64,000 nt of DNA from Neocallimastix sp. 'constans' (Eukaryota): the NCBI GenBank assembly GCA_050613775.1, contig JBODTK010000137.1, positions 62,001 to 126,000 of the forward strand, written 5' to 3'. Below, piece by piece: positions 1-11,873 of the stretch; position 1 is the first letter of the stretch, and each line of letters starts with the position of its first letter. A model generated the notes under the pieces. That model ran no database searches. It was not told where the DNA came from and was given only the letters and a program-made list of their open reading frames with translations. The translations under genes and the position numbers were made by a program.

Positions 1-266
1 AATTCTTCATAATGTAATTTTAATTCTTCTACAAGTTTTTCATCTTCCGTTTTATCTATTAATTGTTGATCAATGATTTGTAAGAAATTCACTAGTTCTG
101 GTTTTTCACTAAATATATTAGAAATATTTTGTTTTATATTGTCATCTAATGATAGTTTTTCATTTATACTATTTAAAATATCATCTATATTTAATTTATC
201 CGTTGAAATTTCTTCAGTTGAAATTTCTTCAGGTAATGGTATATTTTCTTTTGATTCAGTTTCCAT
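1..266 (-). CDS. 5' end of an unknown acidic/coiled-coil protein, truncated by the window edge
   Basis: ATG at 266-264 opens a frame with no stop to position 1: METESKENIPLPEEISTEEISTDKLNIDDILNSINEKLSLDDNIKQNISNIFSEKPELVNFLQIIDQQLIDKTEDEKLVEELKLHYEE. The supplied 73..471 + ORF is its antisense shadow. Confidence 0.75.
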   Translation of the reverse strand, partial: METESKENIPLPEEISTEEISTDKLNIDDILNSINEKLSLDDNIKQNISNIFSEKPELVNFLQIIDQQLIDKTEDEKLVEELKLHYEE

Positions 267-844
267 TATAATTTATGTTTATTATTCATACAAAATTAAA
301 CAATTATTTTTTTTTAATTTTAAATATATAATAGAAAATAAAATAAAACATAAAATAGTTATGAAAAATGGAATATATAATACAAAACTAATTATTTTAT
401 TTTTTTTTAGATTAAAAAAAAGGAATAATTCTATATTTCATAATTTAAATAGTAAATTTTTTTTGAAATAAAAAAAATGAATTAAAAATTTTTACTATGG
501 AGATATTAATTAATTAATATATATTTAATAAATTATATAATATTAATAAAAAAATCTATATATATATATATATAATAAAAAATTTTAATATTTTTATGTT
601 AAATGTTTTAATCTATGTGTATATGATCCATTATAGGGTTAAAAGTTCTAATTTATGTTGTTAATTATGGATTAAATCGAAATCCACAAGGATTAATTTA
701 TTATTATATAAAATATATCAAAATCTATTTGACATCTCATAAAATATATTATTAAAAAAATTTTTTTATTAAAATTCATTATGTATCCTTTATATAAATA
801 ATATTTACCATAATTTATTTTATTATATACTAAATTCATAAAAA

Positions 845-885
<41 letters not shown>

Positions 886-1145
886 AAATTACATTATTAG
901 AATTTAATAAATATTTTATTTAATAAATTTATGTAGATAATCTATTTTTTAGACTATTTTTTTTTCATTTTTCTTAAATATTTATAAACTTTTTATTTAT
1001 AAATTTAAATAATGGTAATATTCAATATAATTATTGATATATATGAATAATGTATGAATATTACATGATACTTAAATAAATAGTATATCATAATTTAACC
1101 ATAAAAGTCTCAAATATGAAATCATTTTTATAATATTTATTTTTA

Positions 1146-1270
1146 TTTTTATTTTTTATATTTCATTTTATTTTATTTTATTTTATTTTATTTTATTTTA
1201 TTTTATTTTATTTTATTTTATTTTATTTTATTTTATTTTATTTTATTTTATTTTATTTTATTTTATTTTA
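1146..1270. repeat. (TTTTA)n microsatellite
   Basis: Directly visible tandem pentamer. Confidence 0.95.
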
Positions 1271-1482
1271 TTTTTATTTTTTTTTTTATTCTTTTTTTGT
1301 GGTTTATTTTTTTAAATAAAATTATAATAAATGAATAACCTCTAAAATGAAAAAGAAAAAAAAAATTTATTTTTTATTTATTTATTTATTTATTTATAAA
1401 GATAATATACATTGGTATTAATAATTTAATGATAAAATATAAATATATAAATTTTATAATAACATTTAAATATGTTATTAAA

Positions 1483-1961
1483 TTATTTCCTGATTTCCTT
1501 TACTTTATCCTTGTATTGCTCCTTTTCATCTATTTAATGTTAAAAATAATAATAATAAATAATAATAAATATATATATAACAAATACAATATATAATATA
1601 TATTTTAGAAAATTACTTTTAATTTCTTCTTCAATTATCGATTTTTTGGATAAAAAGAATATCGGTGCATTAGTTAGTTGTTTATATACTCTCTAGATTA
1701 TATATATGCATTTTTTAAAAAAAATGATAATATATTTTTATTTGTAAGAAAATATTTTTATATAAATTATTAATACAAATTTAAACTTACAGCATCATTT
1801 GATAAAGAAGAAAGTTCACTTTCTAAAACTTCAATTTCTGTTGCTGAAATATTATAAAATATTTATAATATATTATTATTAAATTTCGAAAGCATTTTTT
1901 TATGTATTTTAATTTATTGCATACCTTTTCGTTTTACTTCATTTATTTCTTCTTGATCCAT
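1483..1961 (-). CDS. ASDURF: ASDURF-like (beta-prefoldin-like, PAQosome subunit) microprotein, 70 aa, 4 exons
   Basis: Exons 1961-1925, 1843-1791, 1692-1617 and 1529-1483, all GT-AG and in frame (213 nt), give MDQEEINEVKRKATEIEVLESELSSLSNDARVYKQLTNAPIFFLSKKSIIEEEIKNEKEQYKDKVKEIRK*. The core ELSSLSNDARVYKQLTNAPIFFL aligns without gaps to human ASDURF [23 protein letters not shown] (human sequence recalled from memory). Confidence 0.75.
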
Positions 1962-2327
1962 TCTTTAAGGAAAATTCATGATTTTAGAATTACAAGAAAT
2001 TTTAAATTATTAATTATTAATTAATTCAATAGAAATAAAATTAATAATTATTAATATCAATAATAACATTTAATAATAATTATATTATTCAATAAATTAG
2101 TTACTGTATAACTAATTACTTCATAATGTAGAAAATTAATTTCAAATAAAATGCTTAATCTTTAGAACAAGTTGTTTACTATTTTTTTTTTTTTTTTTGG
2201 TTAGTTTGGTGAAATCACGTGTATACATTTAACAAAATCTTAATTTGGTTATTTATGGAAAAACTAATCAATCATATAATACAATATAATATTAATATAA
2301 AAATATTTATAATAAAGAAACAAGTTC

Positions 2328-2408
<81 letters not shown>
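2328..2408. repeat. (AAT)n microsatellite
   Basis: Directly visible. Confidence 0.95.
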
Positions 2409-3547
2409 TTTAGCATAAAACAATTAACATATGTAAATAAAAATAATAAATAGTTTTATAATATATTTTTTTTATTTGTCTAAAAATTATGTTGTGAAAA
2501 AAAAAATCATTATTTATGAATTTAATGTAAGTTTTTATTATATTTTATATTTAATATTAATATTTCCTTTTAATGATATCTACTTAATCTCATTAAATAT
2601 TATTTTATTATTTCTACTTTAAAAAGTTTTAAGAAATCATTTTTATTAATGCTATACATAAAAAAGCAGTAATATGAAAAAATATATATATATTAAATTT
2701 TAATAATATAAAATTATATTTGGTTTAATAAAATAAAAATAAAATAAAAACAAAAAATAAAATAAAATGTTTTTCAAAAATTAAATAATATTAGTTATTT
2801 AAAATTTATTAATAAAAAAATAATTAAATAATCAGGTTATTTATATATTAGATTAGTAAATATATTAAATATATTAAATAATATTACTAATCTAATATAT
2901 GAATTTAATATATTAATAAATTAATCAAATCATAAGAATTCATTTATATTATTATAAATAAATTTAATAATAATAGAATAATAATAATTATTGATAAAAA
3001 AAAATACATTAATAAAAAAAATAATATTTATAATGAAATTTTAATTTAAAAAAAAAAAAAAAAGGAAGTAAATACTAATAATAATAGAATAAAATCTAAA
3101 AATACGAATATAAAATAAAATAATAGAACAATAATAGAAAGAATTGGATAGTGCAAAATAACTAAAAAGAAAATATATAATTAAATAAAATTATGAATTT
3201 TAGAAAAAGAATATGTTATAAAAATTGGACATAAAATAACAATTTAACTATATATCTTAAAAATATAATGCATTATTAATATAAAAACACTAAAAATAAC
3301 AAAAAAAAAAAAGTTTAATTTTGATTAAGAAATTAAAGTTTATTCTTTTTCTCGTATATTTATTATAGATATTAGATACCAATACATTACAAAATAAATG
3401 ATTGATATATAATCTTAAAATTATTTATATATTAAAAAATAATTAAATTTTCTAGAAAGAAATTAAAATTAAATAATAAAATAATAGATTAAATCATATA
3501 GAATAATATTTATTAAAATGGATTTTAGAAATAAGATAATAATAAAA

Positions 3548-5136
3548 ATGACTACTTGTGAAAAACCTCAATTAGGAGTATATGAAATTAGTCTTGGAAT
3601 AGTTGTTACAACTGTTTTAGTTCTATCATATATGCCACAGGTACATATAATTAAATCAAATAAATAAATAATATTAATATGCTTTAAATATCTTATTTAT
3701 AATAATATAATAATATTTTGTATTTATTTATTTTATTTTATTATATAAAAAAAAATAATAATTTTGTTTTTCAAAATTTTATTTAGATTTATAAATTAAT
3801 TAAGACAAAAAATAGTTATGGTATTTCGCCGTATGCCCAAGTGTTATCATTGACCTCACAGACTTTAACCTTATTTAATATAATTTTACTTCAACAAGGG
3901 ATAATAAATTGTTGTGTTATAGGAGTATGCCAATAAAAGTTCATATAATTATAAAAATATTATATAAAAATTATAAAAATATTATATAAAAATTAAAGAA
4001 ATTTAATATTTATATTTTATTTTTATATTACATATATAAATAGAAATATGGAGTTTTATATTGTTTAGGAAGTTTAATGGGTGTAATACAAGTCTTTCTT
4101 CAATGGAGTTGTATTGCAACAATGTAAATTAGATTATTCATAATATTTTTATAATAAGTTATATTAGTATATATTATTTATTATAAAAATATTAATATTA
4201 TTTATTAAATGTTTTATATATTAAATATTATATTTATATAAAAGTGCATACCTTTTTGTTATATATTTCCCAAGTAATATAAATTCTGGATATACAGCTA
4301 TTGATATAGAAGGAGAAAGATTATTAAAGGAATGGAAAGTTATAGTAAAAATTGTTTATTGTTATATTACAATTTTTGCTGTTGTTTTATTGTTGACATT
4401 AACAGCCATTAATATGAAATGGAGTATAACAGATATAGAATATTTAGCTGGTGTTTTTGGTTTAGGATCAACTTTTCTATCCACTATTCAATTTTTGCCA
4501 CAAATATATAAAACTTATATTAATAAAGTAAGAATAATAATTATTATTATTATAGGTTTACTTTAAATCATTTTAAAAAAATATAAATTAAAATTTCCTA
4601 ATAAATTAATTTAAAACTAATTAGTCTGTTGGGGCTCTAAGTATTCCGTCAATGCTAATTCAATGTCCAGGTAAACAAATACAAAATATCAAAAAAAAAA
4701 AAAAAAAAAAAAAAATTAAAATAATTAATAAGTATCATAATAAAATTTGTTAATAAAAATACATCTATTTCAATATTCTTAATTGATTAATAACTTAATA
4801 TCTCTATTAACATTCTCATTATTTTGTATATTTATTTATAAATTATTTTTATTAACATTTTCATTATTTTATTTATATATTGGATATAATTTGTTTATTA
4901 TTAAATAATTTTTAGGATCATTTATATTAGTAGTATTTTTAGCAATTCAACCAGGTACTAATTGGACTACTTGGATAACTTATTTTGCTGGTGGTACTCT
5001 TCAAGGTATTCTTCTCTCATTATGTATTTATTATTATATTAAGAATAAAGACAATCAACCACAAGGCGAACATAATGAAGAAGAAGAAGAAAATAACCTT
5101 GAAAATAATATTGAAAATGATGCTGAAAATGTATAA
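3548..5136 (+). CDS. PQ-loop repeat multi-pass membrane protein (putative vacuolar/lysosomal transporter), about 286 aa, 6 exons
   Basis: Exons 3548-3640, 3787-3924, 4044-4123, 4245-4527, 4625-4670 and 4916-5136 splice in frame. Two PQ motifs (SYMPQIYKLIKTKNSYGIS; QFLPQIYKTYINKSVGALSIP), several hydrophobic helices and an acidic C-terminal tail. Confidence 0.9.
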
Positions 5137-5547
5137 AAATAATAATAATAATAATTTAAATATTAAAATAACAAGAAAAAACACATATAATATACACTTT
5201 TTTTTTTTTATTTTTTTAAGATAATTGATTATTATCAAAGTAATAACAACACATTAATATATATTTATTTCCAACTAAAAAAAAAAAAAATAAAAATAAA
5301 AATAAAAATAAAAAACTTTGTAAATATTTTTAATTAACAAATAAAAAGATAAAATAAAATAAATAATAATATAATATAAAATATATTACATATTTTAAAA
5401 TATTTAAAATTATAATAATCATATTAAAAGAAGAAGAAGAAAAAAATATATTAAAATAAAAATAAAATAAAACAAAATAAAAATAAAATAAAATAAATAA
5501 ATATCATATTAATAATATTTATATTTATATTCATTTAAATGTCAATT

Positions 5548-5583
<36 letters not shown>

Positions 5584-5655
5584 CTAAAAAAATTATTTTA
5601 ATGAAATATATTTTGGATTAAGAATTTTTGAAATTAAATGTTGAGTTTAAATATT

Positions 5656-5676
5656 AATTTATATTTAATTGAGGCT

Positions 5677-5707
<31 letters not shown>

Positions 5708-5962
5708 ATTTAATTATGTATGCATAATGAAAAATCAAAAAGTACTATGTATAATATGTAAATTAAAATAAACTTTATTAAAAAAAAATATATTAAAAAA
5801 ATATTAAAAATATGATATAAATATAAAATTATCATTTAATATTAAAAATATGATATAAATATAAAATTATCATTTAATAAGTTAAAATTGTTCGCTGAAA
5901 TGAAAATGATGATAATTAAATTAACAATAACTCTAAGAGTGATACAAATCCAAATTTATATT
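5656..5962 (+). repeat. Inverted, circularly permuted copy of 13725-13985, with an internal 38-bp tandem duplication
   Basis: Near-identical to the reverse complement of 13725-13985 but with the two halves swapped. Flanked by AATTTATATT at 5656-5665 and 5953-5962. Confidence 0.9.
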
Positions 5963-6427
5963 GCAAGCCTAAAGATTTAGATACGGAATAAGTTAACTTA
6001 ATTTGAGAGGATCGTATCGTTGACCATTCCTAAATATGGTAATGTAGGTTACGGGCAAAAAAACGCCCATTTGAAACTCCTTTCTGGTTAGTCTTGCTTC
6101 ATTTGCCTTGGAATTGATTTGTATAGACGCCAAAACGGAGAGGCAATACATAGAAGATAATTATAATAATTATCTACTATAATAGATAAAAAGGAAGAGC
6201 ACAAGTCCTATTAATTAAAAATTTTATAAATATATATATATATTTAATAAACAAAAATATTATCAGAACTAGTCCAATTTGAATTTTATAAATCACAAAT
6301 TATTACTTATATATTTTTTAAGTTAAGTAAAAATTTCCTTTTTTTTTTTTTTTTTTTTTAATCAATTAATTGTAATATCACCAATTAATAATTTTTTTTT
6401 TTTTAACTAATTTATTGTGGTATTTCC

Positions 6428-6470
<43 letters not shown>

Positions 6471-8351
6471 TAAATGAAAATTATTTCAATATATATTTTG
6501 TGCATTTCAATTATAATTAACGAAATATTAAATGAGGTTTTGGGTTTATTGTATGTCAACAAGAAATGGATAATTTCCATCTTTAAAAATATATTTAAAT
6601 TATTAAACAAGAAAACATATACATCCTCTCTCTATAAATAAATATTTTATTTTAAAATAATAATATTTAAAATTATTAAAACTTATCTTCCTTTTTTACA
6701 ATAGATTTATTATTATTAAGAATCAATCATCCACATATATAAAATATATTTAATATAATATATTCACTAATCTACTTTATTATAAAAAATTTATTTTTTT
6801 TTTTTTAATCCTTTTTCATTATTATATCTTTTTCATTTAAGAAAAAAAAAATATATATATATATATGTATTACTAAAATAAACTGAATTTTAAGAAAATA
6901 TTATGGAAATCAATTATCATTATTAATTTTCACTATCCATTCTTTATATTCATTAATTTTTAATTTCTAATTATATCCCTCATTTACTTATATATATAAA
7001 AAACATAACTCAAAAATAACCACATAACCGATAAATTTATGAAAAAGAGTTCATTTATTTTTATATATAAAGAAAAATAACACACAAATAACCACATAAC
7101 TATCAAATTTAGGAAAAAAGTTCAATTATTTTTTTTATTAATTTTTTTTTATTTTTCTTTTATTTTTTTTTAATAATATTAATATATATATATTATATAT
7201 ATATATATTTTTTTTTTTAAAAAAAACAATATATTATTTACACATCAACGATAATTGATGAAATATATATATAAACATTAATAATGTTAAAAAAGAAAAA
7301 AAAAATTCATTTATCCTTTTATATCTTTTACATTATCAAGATTTTTTTGGGCTATTAATTATTATGAAATTTTGTATGCATATAGAATTATAGAATTTAC
7401 TTCATAGATAACATGTAATCGTTTATTTATTAATTGCTTATATCTTTTATTTTTTAATGATATCCTTTTTTGTCTCTTTTATATTACTCTTTGAAAGAGT
7501 TTACACTTTCTTCTCCATTTCTTCTTTTTCTTTTAAAACATACTTTTTTATATATATATGTTTATGGAGATTGGTAGTATTGGGTATAATTTTAAATATT
7601 AAAATAATAAATTTAAAAGCATATTAAAAATAGAGTTGTTTCATGAATTAGTATTTCTTCATTAAGTAACAGCCTTCTTTGTTTTCTTGAACATTTTCTT
7701 GAACTTATTCTTAATTTTTCTAAAGAATAATACGGTTTTAAGCATAAGCATTTTGTTATATTAATATTTATTGTTTAATTAATATTGTTTTATTTCTTTT
7801 TTATTTTTCTTTAAATTATATAAATTTTCAAATTTATCTTTCTAAAAAAATTTTTTTAAAAAAAAAATGTAAAATACTTCGTATTTATACTTTATTCTAT
7901 AATAATTCTTATAATATATTATATTGATCGATTATTATGTGTTAATTTCACAATACTATAAATATAAATATATTAATAGTAATATTAAATTATTTTTTAT
8001 ATTAATTATAATTTTGTTCATATATCTTTTTATTATTTATAATAGTGTATATCATTTTTTTAATTTGCTCATAAACTTTTTTTTTTGTTGTCATTTAAAA
8101 CTTATTTACTAAATTCAATATATTAAATGAACATTAATTTTGTAACACATAAATCTAAATGAAGTAACAATTTAATTAAAACATATATTAATATAAATTT
8201 AATTGAATTGATACTTCATTTATTTATAATTAAATTTTATTATATAGATAATAAAATTTTAACAAATAAAAAAAAAAAAATTTTTTTAAAATACTAAAAA
8301 AACTTTAAAATATTGATATAAATAGAACTGTCAACTTTTTTAAATTAAAAA

Positions 8352-8411
8352 AAAAATTCATTATAGTAATTTGAATAATTATAATTATTCAAATTACTAT
8401 AATGAATTTTT
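8352..8411. repeat. 60-bp perfect palindrome
   Basis: AAAAATTCATTATAGTAATTTGAATAATTA is followed immediately by its reverse complement. Confidence 0.95.
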
Positions 8412-9288
8412 AAAGTTATATAGCAAACTACTACTTAATTAAATTAACTCTATTTTAATATCAACAATTTCATAAGAAAAAAAAAAAAAACTTTTTTTCA
8501 ATTTTTGGTAATGATCTATGAATTTAAAATTTAAATTATTATTAACAAATTGAAATTTAATAATTTTAATTAAAAATTCTATTAAATATTAATAATGACA
8601 ATTAGTATTAGAAAAATATAATATTAATTATAAATTCTATTATATTAACAATTATTATGTTTGTATTATTAATAGTAAAGGATAAGAAATCTTGCAATTT
8701 TATTGAATTTTAAAATATTAATTAATTAATTATATATTTAAAATTTTTAATATTACATTTCTTTAAATGATATAAAATACATTTATTTCAATGATCAAAT
8801 TATATATTATTAACATTTTTTTTTTCTTTTTTTAAGTCAGACAATTATAAAATATTTTTAATTATTAATTATTAATAATCAATAATTATTTCTTTGATTA
8901 GGAAACTATAGCTTAAAATTCCACCAATCACTCCATAGGTTTTGAAGGAAGAAAATCGGGTTTAAAGTTTAACTGCTTTAACTTTAAACTGACCAATTGC
9001 AATAATTAATAATAATAAAAAAAAAAAAAGGATTAATAAATATATAATATATAAAGTATATAAAAATAATATTATTTTGAATTTTTTAAAATACAATATA
9101 TATTTTTTCACATATATATTAATTTTTACACTTCCATATGTAATAATATGGAATAAAAAAAATTAATAATAATAAAATTAAAAGACATGAAAAAACTTTT
9201 ATCATTATATATATAATGTAACTAAATGAAATAACAGAAAATTAATTATTATATATATTTGCATTTTTATTATTTTTTTACTTTTCAG

Positions 9289-9735
9289 ACTTGAATTAAT
9301 GAGATTGGAACACAATATGGCCTCCAATCTCTCCCTTAAACTTATCAGACTCTCATTGGATTCTTTTTCAAAACCATTATGGCATCGGCTGGACCTCTCT
9401 CTAAGCAAGGCTAATATGAAAGATATTCCCTATACACCTTCTTTATAAGGCGGGCTTCTTTTTAGTGATCTCTTGAACCAATATCGAAGGAGGAATAACT
9501 ACACTAATTCTCCCACAGATCAAGTGCTCTCTGCATTAGCAATTATAGACTAGCAAAAGGAATACTTATAATAACGAGCCAACACTAACTTCATTTATTG
9601 GGAAAAACTCCCGAAGGAGGATGAAAAATTGGCCCATATAAATTTAGGATGTAGTTACATGGTCGATCCAGAAACTCTTATGTGGGTTAGTCCCAAGTAC
9701 TAACAATCAGGATAAAAACAGGAAAGTCTTTTATT
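9289..9735 (+). pseudogene. Decayed coding repeat of unknown family, copy 1
   Basis: GC-richer island. The frame 9290-9703 has no frameshift but 4 internal stops (LELMRLEHNMASNLSLKLIRLSLDSF...FIYWEKLPKEDEKLAHINLGCSYMVDPETLMWVSPKY*). Homologous to 38534-38975. Confidence 0.7.
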
Positions 9736-9750
9736 TAAATTGATTTTTCC

Positions 9751-9978
9751 AAAAAAATTTTTTTAGAAGCTTTTAAAATTAACAAATATCATTGTATAAA
9801 TTCAATATGATGAACTTTCAATTTTTTGTTCTTTTTTTTATATTATTTGATGATGACTATAATAATTAAAAGTTTTAATAAATTTTGTTTATGATATTTA
9901 TATATAAATTAATTCAATATATAATATACTTAATAAAAGTATATTATTTAGTGAATTAATTTAATAAAAAAAATTTCC

Positions 9979-10013
<35 letters not shown>

Positions 10014-10460
10014 AATTGAGAAAATATTATTACAATATCAACCATATTTATAAATAATTTAAATAATCTTTAATATTATTCTATATATATTTATTTTTAA
10101 AGGTTTTTGTAATATAAAAAATTATTATTATTATAAATAGAGATCCTAAATATTTAAAATATTTCCAAAAAATGAATTATTTCTTTGTTTATATATATAT
10201 TATTTATTATTTACTTATCTATTTATTTATTATTTATTTATTATATATCAGTATTAGTTTCTAAGGAAACTTTCATTGTAAAAAATTTTTTATAAGCTTT
10301 TAAATTAACAAATATCATTGCATAAATTCAATATGATGAATTTTTAATTTTTTGTTCTTTTTTTTATACTGATGATGATTATAATAATTAAAATTTTTAA
10401 TAAATTTTGTTTATGACGTTTATATATAAATTAATTTACTATAAGTAATAAAAGTATACT
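9751..10460 (+). repeat. About 190-bp imperfect direct repeat (9751-9945 and 10281-10460)
   Basis: Both copies share AAGCTTTTAAA(A)TTAACAAATATCATTG(T/C)ATAAATTCAATATGATGAA...AAATTTTGTTTATGA...TATATAAATTAATT. Confidence 0.85.
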
Positions 10461-10679
10461 ATTTATTTAAAATAGTTTTTTTATTTTATTTTATTTTATT
10501 TTTTTTTTTATATATTATTTCATTTTTAAACTGATGTGATTATTAATTTCATGAATAGAATTTTAAACTTTAAATATATAAATTTAAAATATATAAATTT
10601 AGATAATATGAAGATAAAAAAATAACACATTTTTACTTTTATATATATGTATATATTAATATACTTTAAATTTCTACAA

Positions 10680-10851
10680 AGTATTAAAATAAAATTTACT
10701 ATGGATATTATAAGGAGATAATTATCAATAAAATCTAATCATAAAATAAATATTTGATAATGATTAGTATTAAAATAAAATTTACTATGGATATTATAAG
10801 GAGATAATTATCAATAAAATCTAATCATAAAATAAATATTTGATAATGATT
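10680..10851 (+). repeat. Exact 86-bp tandem duplication
   Basis: AGTATTAAAATAAAATTTACTATGGATATTATAAGGAGATAATTATC...TTTGATAATGATT begins at both 10680 and 10766. Confidence 0.95.
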
Positions 10852-11873
10852 TGTGTGTGTATTAATTATTTATTTAATACATATATATATTTTATTTGAT
10901 ATTTTTTTATTATTTTATAATTAACAAATAGTAAATATAAAAAATTATAAAATTTTAAATATTAATTTTTAAAATAAACTTTTTATGTTTATATTTGTCC
11001 ATTCACCTATTTTAATAATTTATATATAATTTATATATTGAATTTATTTATTTATTTTTTATTTCTATTATTTTTTTAATATTAATATATTAACTTGTAT
11101 TATACCAATTAATATTTTTTAATATATTAATAATTTAATATACGAATGTGTTGTAATTCGGAAAGTTGAGTCATAATGTGGCTTATATTATTGTATTTTA
11201 ACGCCATAAAAAATAATTTAAGATTAATTAAAAAAACTAAATTACTAATATTCATTATTAGTTAAAATGGTAATACAGAAATCAAAATTGTCAAATGTTA
11301 AATATTTATGAGTTTATTTCTTAAAAAATAAAAATAATGAAATAAAATAAAATAATATAAAATAAAATAAAATTTTATATATATTTAAAAAATTTAATTT
11401 ATGTGATAAAATTATAATAAAAAAAAATTTATAATTAAAAAACAAAAAAGTTTTATTTTAACATTATTAATAAAAATTCAATTATCAATTAATAAAACAA
11501 AAACAGACAAAAAAAAATAATAAAATAAAATAAAATGAACGTTCTAAATCAGAAAAAAAGTAATATATATGTTTATCCATCAATGAAACCTTTTTCTGGA
11601 TTTACTACTTTGTTACATCATCCTAATAATCCAAGGTGTATATCAGAATATTTTTTTATCAGTAATATCAAATTTAATATATATTAAATATTAATACTAT
11701 GTTTATTTTTTACATTTAATCATTTTATGTATAAATATTTTGAAACTAAATATTCATTATAAAATTTTAATATAAAAAGATATTATTTTAAATTATTATT
11801 ATTATTTTTTTTTAATAATTTATATACTTTTATTTTTTTTTTATAAATATTAAATGGATATTCATATAATTAA

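Noticed and set aside
73..471. 132-aa plus-strand ORF
   Set aside because: It is the antisense shadow of the minus-strand CDS starting at 266.
2216..2221. CACGTG E-box upstream of the ASDURF-like gene
   Set aside because: A lone 6-mer. Another copy occurs in an intron at 63181, so there is no evidence of function.
6407..6610. Possible gypsy integrase fragment (KMEIIHFLLTYNKPKTS)
   Set aside because: The similarity is too weak to call.
10369..10375. CTGATGA hammerhead-core matches (also near 21338 and 58475)
   Set aside because: No flanking stems or correctly placed GAAA.
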